Both the position numbers and the translations under genes were made by a program. The notes beneath the pieces are model-generated. The model made no database searches. It saw nothing but the letters and a program-made list of their open reading frames with translations, and was not told the origin of the DNA. Below, in pieces: positions 9,657-18,994 of a DNA stretch of 31,891 bases. Position 1 is the stretch's first letter. The number at the start of each line of letters is the position of its first letter. The DNA comes from a virus (lineage: Duplodnaviria > Heunggongvirae > Uroviricota > Caudoviricetes): positions 1-31,891 of the IMG/VR virus record IMGVR_UViG_2645727640_000044. One strand, given 5' to 3'.

Positions 9657-10441
9657 GTCTCATCTCCCTTGAGCAAGTCTCTGTGACGCAAGTGATGCGT
9701 CGTATGTTTCTGATACATTCCGCCGTAATAAGCACGACAACTAAGACGGTCGATCTGGTGATGAAGAATCATTCCATCGCCGATATAAACCGCGCAGTGA
9801 TCTGGCATTTTCCCGTATTGAATAAAGAAGACGTCCCCACGTTGAGGCTCTGTTCCAGGTGCAAGCCGTACCAATCCCTCGTTTCGGTAGTTCTGGTCGA
9901 GAATGTCGTTATCGCCGGTGTACCACGATGGAATATGCAGGTGTGCGTTCGGGTTAAGCTCGACGTTAAACTCACGCTTCAAATAGTCCCGACACAACAT
10001 CCAGCAATCGAATACGCCAAATACATACGGTCTACCCAGGTATGGCATTTCGAAACCATCAGGTGTGATCACATTCATCTCGCTAAAATGGAAAGGGGCA
10101 TCTCCCTCAACATTCTTGCGAATAGCCAGAATCATCCACGGAACTTCCGTCGCTTCACAGCCTGCACGATCGGCATCAGATGCTTCTGCTGATTCATCAG
10201 TATGTGAATGCCAGATTGCGATTACGTCACCTGCATCCTCTGCCGCCATAATGTCGTCAACGTGCATTACAAAAGTGTTCTGCGGGTTCTCCGAAACATT
10301 TCGCGCTTCCATAAAGCGATATTTGTCGCCATTAGTTCTCACCAGAAAGCCACACGCTTCATTAGGGTAGCGATTTATGGCGCAGAGATAGATTTGCTGC
10401 ATAACATCAGAGCCAAGCTCAGGGATTGCTTTATTACCCAT
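9644..10441 (-). CDS. Minor tail protein, lambda K-like (JAB/MPN + NlpC/P60 domains)
   Basis: JAMM-like motif IWHSHTDESAEASDAD (HxH...D) and an NlpC/P60-type Cys/His region (FDCWMLCRDY ... HHQ); ATG at 10441 with GGAG upstream. Track start 10468 is TTG. Confidence 0.85.
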   Translation of the reverse strand: MGNKAIPELGSDVMQQIYLCAINRYPNEACGFLVRTNGDKYRFMEARNVSENPQNTFVMHVDDIMAAEDAGDVIAIWHSHTDESAEASDADRAGCEATEVPWMILAIRKNVEGDAPFHFSEMNVITPDGFEMPYLGRPYVFGVFDCWMLCRDYLKREFNVELNPNAHLHIPSWYTGDNDILDQNYRNEGLVRLAPGTEPQRGDVFFIQYGKMPDHCAVYIGDGMILHHQIDRLSCRAYYGGMYQKHTTHHLRHRDLLKGDETCLS

Positions 10442-11132
10442 ATCGCGTAGCTCCAATAAACCCGCCAAAATGGATCACTCCGTTGGCAAAATAATTCCGA
10501 CGCGCATTACAGGCGTCATAACGTTTTGTGCAGTAATCAGCACCAGACATAGACGTCTGCTGGTTATTTTTGTCGAAATATGGACCGGTATAGCCGCATT
10601 CTGGCCCTCGGTATTTCCACGGGCAGGTGTTTTTAATGATCTGACGATACGGCAGTTGCACCCCCATCAAATCGAACACACTGGACAATTCAAACTCGAC
10701 AACCTGATGAGTTTCGAGAGTTTTCTGTTCGATAAACCACATTTCATCCGGGAAATGTTGGTTTGGATCTGCTGTTGGGTTGCCGTCTTTAAAATTAACG
10801 GCATCGAGGAAGCGAGCCAGCGTCATCTTGCGAATAATGCGGCAGCCAACAAGATCGTCGTTCGCCTGAACTTCCGCAGAGACGGTTCCGGCAAAGTTCG
10901 ATACCTGAATTTTTGGACGTGGCAACGTTCCCTGGCCAGTTTTGTCAAAGCCTGATGCTTTGATTGGCCACGGCTCGTATGTCACTCCTTGCCAGACGAC
11001 CGGTTGCATCAGTTCGTTTGTTCCGGCGTGGAAGAATAACTTCCCCCCTGAAGTTGTGTTCGACATATCCAGTACGAACAACTCAATGAGTGCAGAGGGA
11101 GATAAGCTCTGAATATCAGCTTTAATTCCCAT
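10434..11132 (-). CDS. Minor tail protein, lambda L-like
   Basis: Matches to lambda gpL as I recall it: VVWQGVTYEPWPIKASGF, RPKIQVSNF, ARFLDAVNFKDGNPTADP, NTCPWKYRGPECGYTGP, GVIHFGGF, including the conserved cysteines. ATG at 11132 has AAGGA 7 nt upstream; the track's longer ORF starts at ATG 11165 with a weak RBS. Confidence 0.85.
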   Translation of the reverse strand: MGIKADIQSLSPSALIELFVLDMSNTTSGGKLFFHAGTNELMQPVVWQGVTYEPWPIKASGFDKTGQGTLPRPKIQVSNFAGTVSAEVQANDDLVGCRIIRKMTLARFLDAVNFKDGNPTADPNQHFPDEMWFIEQKTLETHQVVEFELSSVFDLMGVQLPYRQIIKNTCPWKYRGPECGYTGPYFDKNNQQTSMSGADYCTKRYDACNARRNYFANGVIHFGGFIGATRYG

Positions 11133-11214
11133 TGTTTCATCCTTGAAATAAGTAGGCGCTAACATCCTGTCAGCGCCACAATGATAGTAAATTAGTACTT
11201 ACTTATCCAGATAC

Positions 11215-11550
11215 TTAAGCCTCAAATACTTGTCTGAATGTAGCAGTTAAGACACAGTACCCCTGATATCGCTTGACCGTATGACTGTCACATACAACTA
11301 CAATCCGTTTTCCTCTTGGATTAACCCAATAGAACGACTCAACGCCTGCTCGCTCAGTCAGGAAGTCATCGATTGCATTAATTTCGTTGTATGATCTGGT
11401 AAAGGTTAACGACCATTCTTCTTTAATACGATTAAGACCTTGAGCCTGTCGCTGCTCGTAGTCATCACCAAAATTAAGTACCGTTACATTCGGTTTTACG
11501 CTTTTTTCAGATTCGTAATCTGGATACCAATTAAACGTTTGTCTTTCCAT
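11215..11550 (-). CDS. Minor tail protein, lambda M-like
   Basis: 111-aa ORF between tape measure and the L-like gene, the size and position of lambda gpM; ATG with AAGGA upstream. Confidence 0.7.
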   Translation of the reverse strand: MERQTFNWYPDYESEKSVKPNVTVLNFGDDYEQRQAQGLNRIKEEWSLTFTRSYNEINAIDDFLTERAGVESFYWVNPRGKRIVVVCDSHTVKRYQGYCVLTATFRQVFEA

Positions 11551-11565
11551 CTCACATCCTTGTGA

Positions 11566-11587
11566 GACTGCCCCGGTCGGGGCAGTC
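11566..11587 (-). other. Hairpin between the tape measure stop and the M-like gene start
   Basis: GACTGCCCC-GGTC-GGGGCAGTC (9-bp stem) adjacent to a second small inverted repeat CTCACA/TGTGAG (11551..11566) that overlaps the M-like gene RBS. Confidence 0.3.
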
Positions 11588-11592
11588 GATAG

Positions 11593-14500
11593 TTAGTTAC
11601 GTTGAGTGTTTGGGTTGAGTGATCCGCCAGGGCGTTTCTCTTGAGCGATAGTCTCAAGCGCGATTGCTTTCATCCGTTGAGCGGCATTGTTCCATATGCT
11701 TTCTGTATCGCCGGATTCAGTTGTGCTACCGTCACTATGGACGTTGATCTCAATTGATACAGGAGAAAGAACATTTCCTCCTCCACTCATACCATCGGTA
11801 CTGAGCGTTACAGGGATTGTTCGACCATCAGGCAATGGAACATACGCCTCATTCATATCGCCTTCCCCAAACAACGCCAATTGAGGTGAGTTGGCGATAC
11901 CGCCTTTCTGGTATGCCCGGAGCGGGATCACGCCGTCTTTTCCGAATATGCCACCATTTGCAAACTTCGGAATTGCAGGAATACCATTCGTGCCATCGGC
12001 AGCAGAACTGGTCAGATTGTTGAACCCGGAAGTTGAGCCAGAAGAACCGGACATCAATCCATCGAATCCACCACCAGCCCATACTGAAACCAAACCAGAT
12101 GCAACTGTCGCGCCGAAATTCAACCACTTATTACCAGAGCCGGAAGCATTAGCTCCAAGCATTGCAAACGCGGCAGACAGAGCGCCGGTAACAGAGCTGA
12201 GGTTCTGCATCGAGAAGATGGAGTCCTTCACTGCTTTTGTCTCAGCATCTTTGGCTTCGGTGCTATTAAATAGCCCTGATACCCAGCTACCAATCGCATT
12301 TGTTGCTGTGCCAATTGCGCTGGTGGTCTGCTGTGTCGTTTGCCCCAATCCAGTTACCGAACTGGACGTCTCCTTCGTGGCTTCTCCTACCGACTTGTCG
12401 CCATTAACAGTGTTGCTTATGCGCACACCTTGATTGGCAACTGCGGAAGCAACCCCGGTGAGCAAATTACCACTCTGTGAACTACCAGCTGCGGTGGTTC
12501 CCATTCCCAACATGTTCATTAGAGGCAGCGTGATCTGCGACTTCACGACCATATTGGTGATATCTTTCAAAATGGACTGAGATAGGCTGGAGAAGCTCAT
12601 CTTCCCGTTAATAACGAAATCAGTCAGGACATCAGTTAAGCCACTAAACAAATCAGTCCAGGTGCTTTCGATCTGCTCTGCCAGGTTTTCGTATTCCAGT
12701 GCCAACTTCTGCGTCGCAGTCCCCGTCTCTTTAATAAGCGCGGTATTGCCAGCAGCAATCAGTTGATTGATTTTCTTTGTATAAAGCGCCACAACTTTAG
12801 GATCAGACGCCTTATCACGAAGTTCTATCAACGCTTTGAGATTGCGGTTGTAGGTGTCTTCGAAATCAGCAACTTTATCTTCGCGAGACGGCGTATAGCC
12901 AGCACTAATAATGGAATCCGACTCCGGTGCCCAGGTGGAGATCATCTGCTCAACATTGCGGCGATTAAACATCTCGCGATATTCAGGTGTCGCATTTTTG
13001 AGGTCTTCAAGACGTTTTTTCGCCCTGTCGATCATCTCTTGAGTGATGAACTCGTTAGGAACCGCATTAGCCAAATCTGTCAGCGATTTCGTTGTATCGC
13101 GAAGAGACTGATCAAACGATACCGTAGCCTTAGAGCTTTCACCCATTTGCCCCATAAGCTGATCGGCTTTGTCCAGAGCCTTCTGGTATCCGGCTGCCAG
13201 TTTCTGTTGCGCTGCCTGTTCCTTCTTGGCCGCACGCTGCGAGGCGTTAGCTGATCGTTGGGCTGCTTTCTCGGCAGCTGCTGCATCCTGTTCACGAGCT
13301 TTAGTCAGTGCAGCAATAGCTGCGGCACGCTCTTCATCGCTCATTTTCTCCAGAGAGCTGGCGCTGGATGCTTTCTGCAAATTAAGCTGCGTCTTGAGTT
13401 GTTTAGGCCCAATAATCGGCTTACCTTCGAAGTCCATCATCGGAGTGCCGTCAGGCAAAGTACGTTGATAAGTCGCAGAATCCATCTGGTTTCGCATATA
13501 TTGCGCCAGCGCCTTCTGAGCAGCTTTATCAGTTGTACCTAACCCAAGAACAGTCCCCTGGTTTGACATTACGCCCTTACCAGTTTTGGCCGCGTTATCT
13601 CTCTCGAACTCTGCCTGAGTCAGCTCCTGAGCAACGGCTTCCAAATGCTCCTGATAACCACGAATACTGCCTTGCAGTTTCTGGATCTGCTCGGTATTTC
13701 CATCCTTTTTGGCTTTTTCAAGCTGATCATTAAGAGTCGCAATTTGCTTCTCGGTCGCATTCTTACGAGAAGAAAGTGAATCAACCAGTTTTTGCGCAGG
13801 CTCCAGATAGCTTTTGTTTACCGTTTCACGTAACGGTGCCAATAGCTTGTTCTTTTCGTCATCTGAAAGTGAACCGTCATCATTGATTTTCTGGATCTTA
13901 TCCAGAGCCTCCTGCCGGGCTTTCACGAATGTTGCCGCAAAGTCTCTATTCTCTTCCCGTATTTTCTCTATCTGTGATTCTGCCGCATCTTTTGCAAGAC
14001 GTTTGGCTACAGCAATGTCTCCGCGTTCAATTGCCCCAGTAGTTTTATCGCGTTTCTTACGAAGGTCATTTAGCTCATTTTCTATACGCTTACGTTCATC
14101 CTGATTAATCTTTACTGTAGTTCCGGCCATACCCGGCCCATAAACCACCTTTTCGCCAGATTTTAACTCTTGTTCCTTTTGCGTGATTTGTTGCTCAAGA
14201 CGCGCTTTATACTCCGTCATCTGTGCACGTTTGGCCGCTGTCATCGCTTCTGGTATTTTCCTAATCTCGTCAACGACCTTTGAAGTTTCGCTGCGGAGCA
14301 TGGTCATGTACGTGATTAGGCCAGCAACAGCTACAGTGGCAACTGTAAATGCTGCCCCTATAGGGTTTGCTGCAATGAACGCCGTTAATCCAGCAAAAGC
14401 GCCTTTAAGCCCCGTAATCGCCCCACGGATGGCGAAAATAAGAGAGGGGATCGGAGCCAGCCCCATACGTGCCGCACGATTGAATCGGGTTACTGCTGTA

Positions 14501-16170
14501 GCGCCGAGGTTAAATGGAGTCTGTATGGCTGTCGCCATCGTGGCAAAGGTGCTAACCATCTGGCTGCCTGCGCCAACTACCCCCATGATCCCTGCTCGCA
14601 TCAGTTTGAACGCAACCATCGCGGCCACGACCTTACCGAGATTAATTACCAGCTCTTGGTTCTTTGCTAACCATTGAGCAAGCTGACGCAACCCATCGAT
14701 TGCCGTTGTTAACCCCGAACCTAAAGAATTGGCAAACGAAATCCCTTCGGCGCTATTCATGATTGAAGCCAGTTCTTTCATCCCCTTCGATAGAGAATCC
14801 AGATATCCGGCCTGACCAACCCGATCAGCAAATAACGTGAATGACGTCTGAAGTTGCGCCAGCGCACCTGTGTAGGTTTGCATCATGTCTTTCGCTGCGT
14901 TCTCATTCTCCGCACGCAGACCAACAAACATCAGAGACAACGCCTGTTTTGCCTCAACCGTACCGCTGGCAACGGCTTTAGTCAGTTCCCCCATAGTGAT
15001 GCCTGCGGCGTCTGCCATTGCCTGCATCGCGTTAGGAACGGCTTCACCTAATTGCTGACGTAGCTCTTCCATTGACACAACGCCCTTACCGGACATCTGC
15101 TGAACGGCCACAGCCGCACGTTTCAACAGCTCACTATCACCACCAAAACGAGCAACGGAGTCCACCAGCGCCTTCAGAGAACCATCGGTTGGATCTAAGC
15201 CAGCAGAACGAAACTTCACGAAGGAGTCTGTTAACGCCTGCATCGCGAACGGCGCATTTTGAGCCATGTCTACGATGTACTTCATATCATCAGCGGCAGC
15301 CTGGCCCGGGTTGGACTTCTCCTTATTCAACCCTCGAAGCATCACCCGCATACGTTCCATTTCGGCCGCAGCTTCAACAATAGGCTTCTGCCACCCAAAC
15401 ATGATGTCAGTAACCGTTCTGGCTGCATCTCCGATCTCGCCAAGCAGGAAAATGTTGCCACGAAGGCCAGAGAACATACCTCCTTCGTTACTTTTACCGC
15501 TATGGCCAGAAGCGCCGCTACGCCGCCCGCTACCACCATCGCCACTTCCAGATGTACGAACGCGTACCGGCTTGCTAATCAGTTGCTGACGTCCGATAAC
15601 TTCGTCCATCTGCTCACGAACCTTTTTCAGTCCCTCGGCAGCCTGACTCGTTGTGACACCCCAATTACTGAGTCGCTTCGTCGTGGTATTAAGGCGCGTA
15701 TTCATGCCACTCACGGACGCAGAGGCTTCTTTGACCTCCGTACCAAAGCGGCTTGCGCTTTTGCTTGCATAGGTCGCCCAATCAGAGAAATCATTTAGCT
15801 CTGATTGCACTTTACGTAATGACGCGGTGAGTTTATCTACTGAAGAAGTTGTCGTATCGACGCGCTCAATCAGGGCTTTAAGACCAGAATTGAGGCTGGT
15901 GATGTTGCCACGCATTTTACGCGTAGCATCTGAAGCAAGCTCAAAACCGGCAGCTACATCCTGTAGTTTATCTGCCGTAGAATCGAGCTTGCTTTCCAGA
16001 ACGCCAATGATACGGGCGACCGAACCCAAAGAGCGTTCAAAGGTTTGGATTTTTTGAGCAGGCTTTGTTACCTGCTCACCAAATCGAGTAAGCAGTTTCC
16101 CCGCACGATCGATTGACGCTGTAAACTGTTTGTCTTCCAGCGACAGGATAAACTCTACGTTTTGTGACAT
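11593..16170 (-). CDS. Tail length tape measure protein (about 1525 aa)
   Basis: Very long ORF immediately after the G/GT pair; extended helical, coiled-coil-like regions, Gly-rich tracts and hydrophobic segments. Track start 16191 is TTG; ATG at 16170 follows AAGGGA. Confidence 0.9.
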   Translation of the reverse strand: MSQNVEFILSLEDKQFTASIDRAGKLLTRFGEQVTKPAQKIQTFERSLGSVARIIGVLESKLDSTADKLQDVAAGFELASDATRKMRGNITSLNSGLKALIERVDTTTSSVDKLTASLRKVQSELNDFSDWATYASKSASRFGTEVKEASASVSGMNTRLNTTTKRLSNWGVTTSQAAEGLKKVREQMDEVIGRQQLISKPVRVRTSGSGDGGSGRRSGASGHSGKSNEGGMFSGLRGNIFLLGEIGDAARTVTDIMFGWQKPIVEAAAEMERMRVMLRGLNKEKSNPGQAAADDMKYIVDMAQNAPFAMQALTDSFVKFRSAGLDPTDGSLKALVDSVARFGGDSELLKRAAVAVQQMSGKGVVSMEELRQQLGEAVPNAMQAMADAAGITMGELTKAVASGTVEAKQALSLMFVGLRAENENAAKDMMQTYTGALAQLQTSFTLFADRVGQAGYLDSLSKGMKELASIMNSAEGISFANSLGSGLTTAIDGLRQLAQWLAKNQELVINLGKVVAAMVAFKLMRAGIMGVVGAGSQMVSTFATMATAIQTPFNLGATAVTRFNRAARMGLAPIPSLIFAIRGAITGLKGAFAGLTAFIAANPIGAAFTVATVAVAGLITYMTMLRSETSKVVDEIRKIPEAMTAAKRAQMTEYKARLEQQITQKEQELKSGEKVVYGPGMAGTTVKINQDERKRIENELNDLRKKRDKTTGAIERGDIAVAKRLAKDAAESQIEKIREENRDFAATFVKARQEALDKIQKINDDGSLSDDEKNKLLAPLRETVNKSYLEPAQKLVDSLSSRKNATEKQIATLNDQLEKAKKDGNTEQIQKLQGSIRGYQEHLEAVAQELTQAEFERDNAAKTGKGVMSNQGTVLGLGTTDKAAQKALAQYMRNQMDSATYQRTLPDGTPMMDFEGKPIIGPKQLKTQLNLQKASSASSLEKMSDEERAAAIAALTKAREQDAAAAEKAAQRSANASQRAAKKEQAAQQKLAAGYQKALDKADQLMGQMGESSKATVSFDQSLRDTTKSLTDLANAVPNEFITQEMIDRAKKRLEDLKNATPEYREMFNRRNVEQMISTWAPESDSIISAGYTPSREDKVADFEDTYNRNLKALIELRDKASDPKVVALYTKKINQLIAAGNTALIKETGTATQKLALEYENLAEQIESTWTDLFSGLTDVLTDFVINGKMSFSSLSQSILKDITNMVVKSQITLPLMNMLGMGTTAAGSSQSGNLLTGVASAVANQGVRISNTVNGDKSVGEATKETSSSVTGLGQTTQQTTSAIGTATNAIGSWVSGLFNSTEAKDAETKAVKDSIFSMQNLSSVTGALSAAFAMLGANASGSGNKWLNFGATVASGLVSVWAGGGFDGLMSGSSGSTSGFNNLTSSAADGTNGIPAIPKFANGGIFGKDGVIPLRAYQKGGIANSPQLALFGEGDMNEAYVPLPDGRTIPVTLSTDGMSGGGNVLSPVSIEINVHSDGSTTESGDTESIWNNAAQRMKAIALETIAQEKRPGGSLNPNTQRN

Positions 16171-16177
16171 TCCCTTG

Positions 16178-16845
16178 TCATCCTCTGCCAAATATTTGCA
16201 TCAGTTGCTCTTTGGCGTCAGGGTCTGCCTTATCCTGGCTTGGATCGTAGACTTTATCTGTTACGACTGGTCTTCCAATCCTGAGTTGCAAACCCTCCAT
16301 GAACGCCTTCACAGCCTCGCCATCCGCCTGGGACGCACGAGCGACTTGTAAGTTGCGGACATCCTCTTCCGCACGCAGACGGTCTATATTGCGACTGAGC
16401 ATCCAGAACATCGTGAGAGGAACGTTCAGTAGCTCTAATGGCGACACGGCGTAGTGAGCAACTACACGACTGAAATAGAATCCGAGATCTATTGAGACGG
16501 TCCTTGTCCCGGATTCATCGCGGGAAATTACTTTGCCCCTTCGCCAGCCGCTTTTTCGTTTTCTTCATCAATCACTTCCATAGCGAAGGTGAAGATCTGC
16601 TGGAGTTGCGGAACAGTCAGTTTTTCAAGAACTTCATCAGGCACTGAAGGGATAACCTTACGAACCAGATCTGCATAAGCTGTCACTTGCTCAACAGGAG
16701 ACATGTTCATGAGATCTTTGCCTTCCATCTGCTTGATGGAAACGAACAAACCTACCGTCATTTCAACGATGGGATATTCCTGACCGCCAAATTTGATGCT
16801 TTTCTTCGGAGGCAGAATGGAATCGAGATCGAGTAATTTGGTCAT
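16178..16845 (-). CDS. Tail assembly chaperone GT-like fusion via putative -1 programmed frameshift
   Basis: The frame of track ORF 16178..16447 is -1 relative to the G-like frame (codon phase checked) and stays open upstream into the 3' end of the G-like gene. Candidate slip sites are GAAAAAG (16551..16557) or Lys AAG at the stop, ..GCAAAGTAA (16528..16536). Neither is a canonical XXXYYYZ heptamer. Confidence 0.5.
16528..16845 (-). CDS. Tail assembly chaperone, lambda G-like
   Basis: 105-aa ORF between the major tail and tape measure genes; ATG with AAGGA upstream; a -1 frame ORF follows. Confidence 0.7.
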   Translation of the reverse strand: MTKLLDLDSILPPKKSIKFGGQEYPIVEMTVGLFVSIKQMEGKDLMNMSPVEQVTAYADLVRKVIPSVPDEVLEKLTVPQLQQIFTFAMEVIDEENEKAAGEGAK

Positions 16846-16866
16846 TGGTTTAAATCCTTTTAAAAG

Positions 16867-16887
16867 AGAGGCTCATCCTGAGCCTCT
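16867..16887 (-). terminator. Intrinsic terminator-like hairpin downstream of the major tail protein gene
   Basis: Minus strand reads AGAGGCTCA-GGA-TGAGCCTCT (perfect 9-bp stem, 3-nt loop) followed by CTTTTAAAA; sits between the major tail stop (16901) and the G-like start (16845). Confidence 0.55.
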
Positions 16888-16900
16888 GCTTAATTACTGA

Positions 16901-17647
16901 TTAATCTGCGGAGTTAATCGTTACTGACTTAGTTGTCTTCTTAGCGCCGCTATTGCTGGTGAAGGAGATGTTTGCAGTACCCTGCGCCACACCACGTACC
17001 AGACCCGTTTGATCTACCGTGGCCTTTTCCTGGTCTTCGGATTCCCAAACACCGGTTTTATCTGCGGCATCATCTGGAGTGATTTCTGCTGTCAGTTGCA
17101 CAGTCTCCCCTGCTTTTACAGTTGGAGATTCCGGTTTGATCGACACGGTTTTTACCGGTTTAGGGCCGCTCATTCTTCCCAGAACGCCTTCGTCATCAGG
17201 GTACGCACTGAACTGAACAGAGAACACACGAACATCATCAGACTGGTAAGTCATGGTGAAGTTACCTGCGGTCGCAGCTTTCGGGATGGTCAGAACGTAG
17301 TCGGTAGTGTCCTGCGGAGTCAGAACCAGCTCTTTGGCTACGTCGATCAGGTTGACACCCTGTGCGGAAGTGATGGTCACAGCGTTGTCGTCTTCGTTCA
17401 GAGTAGACCCCGGCATCAGATCAACCATATTTTTCAACACAGACTCGGCCAGCGGCGCAGTAATGGTAATGTTACGACCCTGCACCAGCTCGGACATAAT
17501 TGTCTGGCCGTGCTGGTCGACAGTGACTTTCAGCGTTTCAGTGGCTACTTCAACCTGAACACCACCTTTGGTGTAACCCAAATCCACACCACCAAACGAC
17601 ACCTTACAGGCACCAAGTTTGATGTTTTTTACATGGGTATTAGACAT
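16901..17647 (-). CDS. Major tail protein with C-terminal Ig-like (Big_2-type) domain
   Basis: Position immediately upstream of the chaperone pair; C-terminal about 90 aa resemble a Big_2 Ig-like domain (VKTVSIKPESPTVKAGETVQLTAEITPDDAADKTGVWESEDQEKATVDQTGLVRGVAQGTANISFT). ATG at 17647 with AAAGGAG upstream; track start 17683 is a non-ATG codon. Confidence 0.8.
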   Translation of the reverse strand: MSNTHVKNIKLGACKVSFGGVDLGYTKGGVQVEVATETLKVTVDQHGQTIMSELVQGRNITITAPLAESVLKNMVDLMPGSTLNEDDNAVTITSAQGVNLIDVAKELVLTPQDTTDYVLTIPKAATAGNFTMTYQSDDVRVFSVQFSAYPDDEGVLGRMSGPKPVKTVSIKPESPTVKAGETVQLTAEITPDDAADKTGVWESEDQEKATVDQTGLVRGVAQGTANISFTSNSGAKKTTKSVTINSAD

Positions 17648-17721
17648 TGATGGAAAACTCCTTTTTCCGTTAATTCTACGCATTCATTGCGCTAATAGTA
17701 AGTATATACTTACCTATTAAC

Positions 17722-18078
17722 TTAATTCAATAAATAGCCAGCAAATTCAACAGGAATGCCTGCTTCTATTAATGCTCCATCATTTTTGGGATAAATGATT
17801 GGCATCGCAATCGGTCGTACCAGTCGAAAATAAACACCACCAGATTCCGTTTCCTCTACTGGAAACATCTCAATGATTTTATTGGCTTTCTCAACCGTCG
17901 TAGTAATTGACGAACCACGCACAATTATTGTGAATGATTCGTGGTAAAAGCCCTGTAGCTCATGATCGATGCTGATACCGGTATTTGGGTTAATAAGCAG
18001 GACGCCAGATTTCACATTGGCAGGCAAGTAGTGACAGAAAATGTCAGTCCCGACCGTGCCAATCTTTGCCTTCTGCAT
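17722..18078 (-). CDS. Hypothetical protein; by position a tail terminator / tail completion candidate
   Basis: Track ORF 17722..18228 overlaps the upstream gene by 122 nt; the internal ATG at 18078 (MQKAKIGTVGTD...) removes the overlap. Function inferred from synteny only. Confidence 0.45.
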   Translation of the reverse strand: MQKAKIGTVGTDIFCHYLPANVKSGVLLINPNTGISIDHELQGFYHESFTIIVRGSSITTTVEKANKIIEMFPVEETESGGVYFRLVRPIAMPIIYPKNDGALIEAGIPVEFAGYLLN

Positions 18079-18106
18079 CAAACTTGCAAACGCTTCAATA
18101 AACACA

Positions 18107-18580
18107 TTAACCTCTCGTAAAACCGGCTTTTCTGGCAGCCTCAAGAATCGCTTCTGAGAACTGCTTCTCGCTAATTTCCACCGCTCTTTCCAGAAAGTGT
18201 GGCCCAACACGAGGTTTAACACCGGCAATTGGTGGGTTTGTCACGTTCTTCATTCGAGAAAGATAACCGAGTCGGTATTTACCCAGCTCCATGTACTTAG
18301 CATAGTCACCGACTTCTACGCCCGGATGCCCCTGACGTGGTTTTGCTCCAGACACAGAAAGCTCAATGCGCAGCCCTGAATAACCTTCTTTAATCACCCT
18401 GGCAAAGATGGCTGTCTCCAGAGATCCGGTTTCCAGCGGGGCCATTGCACGGCTGAGACGCTCAACCAAACGCGCCAGCTTTTCCATGTCCCGAATAAGA
18501 TATCGCTTAAATGCTTTCTGGCTGTTATTGAGTCTATTCCCCGCACGTTTGAACTGATGCGCATCGTATTTCAGACCCAT
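18107..18580 (-). CDS. Hypothetical protein; neck / head-tail joining candidate
   Basis: 157-aa ORF, ATG start overlapping the upstream gene end by 10 nt (translational coupling). Function inferred from position between head and tail genes. Confidence 0.5.
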   Translation of the reverse strand: MGLKYDAHQFKRAGNRLNNSQKAFKRYLIRDMEKLARLVERLSRAMAPLETGSLETAIFARVIKEGYSGLRIELSVSGAKPRQGHPGVEVGDYAKYMELGKYRLGYLSRMKNVTNPPIAGVKPRVGPHFLERAVEISEKQFSEAILEAARKAGFTRG

Positions 18581-18915
18581 ATATTCGCCCCCACTTCAAG
18601 ATGCCCAGGTCTTCCTCGTAGCCCCCAGCGGCGATGAACACTGGACACCTTTAATTTTTGACCTTCAAGGATCAGCACATCATCAAGTTGTACAGCCGCT
18701 TCTAAAGGGACAACTAACACAGCATCAAACAGCTCCAGACTCGCCTTACCACGACTACCAGAGCTATCAGCACGAACTGACGATTTCTCATTACTCTGTT
18801 CGAACTTAACCACGCCGACATTCGTCTTCCTGACGAATTGTAATTGCGCCTCGCCGTAAACGTTCTTTGCGCCAAAGCGGTAGATCGCAATTTCTGTTTG
18901 CCACGAAATATTCAT
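18571..18915 (-). CDS. Hypothetical protein; head-tail connector candidate
   Basis: ATG at 18915 (MNISWQTEIAIYRF...) preceded by a purine-rich GAGAGAGAG; track start 19011 is TTG and overlaps the upstream gene. Start uncertain. Confidence 0.4.
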   Translation of the reverse strand: MNISWQTEIAIYRFGAKNVYGEAQLQFVRKTNVGVVKFEQSNEKSSVRADSSGSRGKASLELFDAVLVVPLEAAVQLDDVLILEGQKLKVSSVHRRWGLRGRPGHLEVGANIWV

Positions 18916-18994
18916 GCTCTCTCTCTGTTGTTGTCGGTCGCTCTCATTACTGGCCAAAAACCCTTTCGACCAAAAGTAAATAATGCGACTGGCG

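Noticed and set aside
11687-15798. Plus-strand ORFs inside the tape measure gene (for example 11891..12433, 14183..14677, 15259..15798)
   Set aside because: Antisense to the tape measure ORF; no start context; typical shadow ORFs of a long GC-balanced gene.
17009-17650. Plus-strand 213-aa ORF opposite the major tail protein gene
   Set aside because: Completely overlaps a gene with strong RBS and domain support on the other strand.
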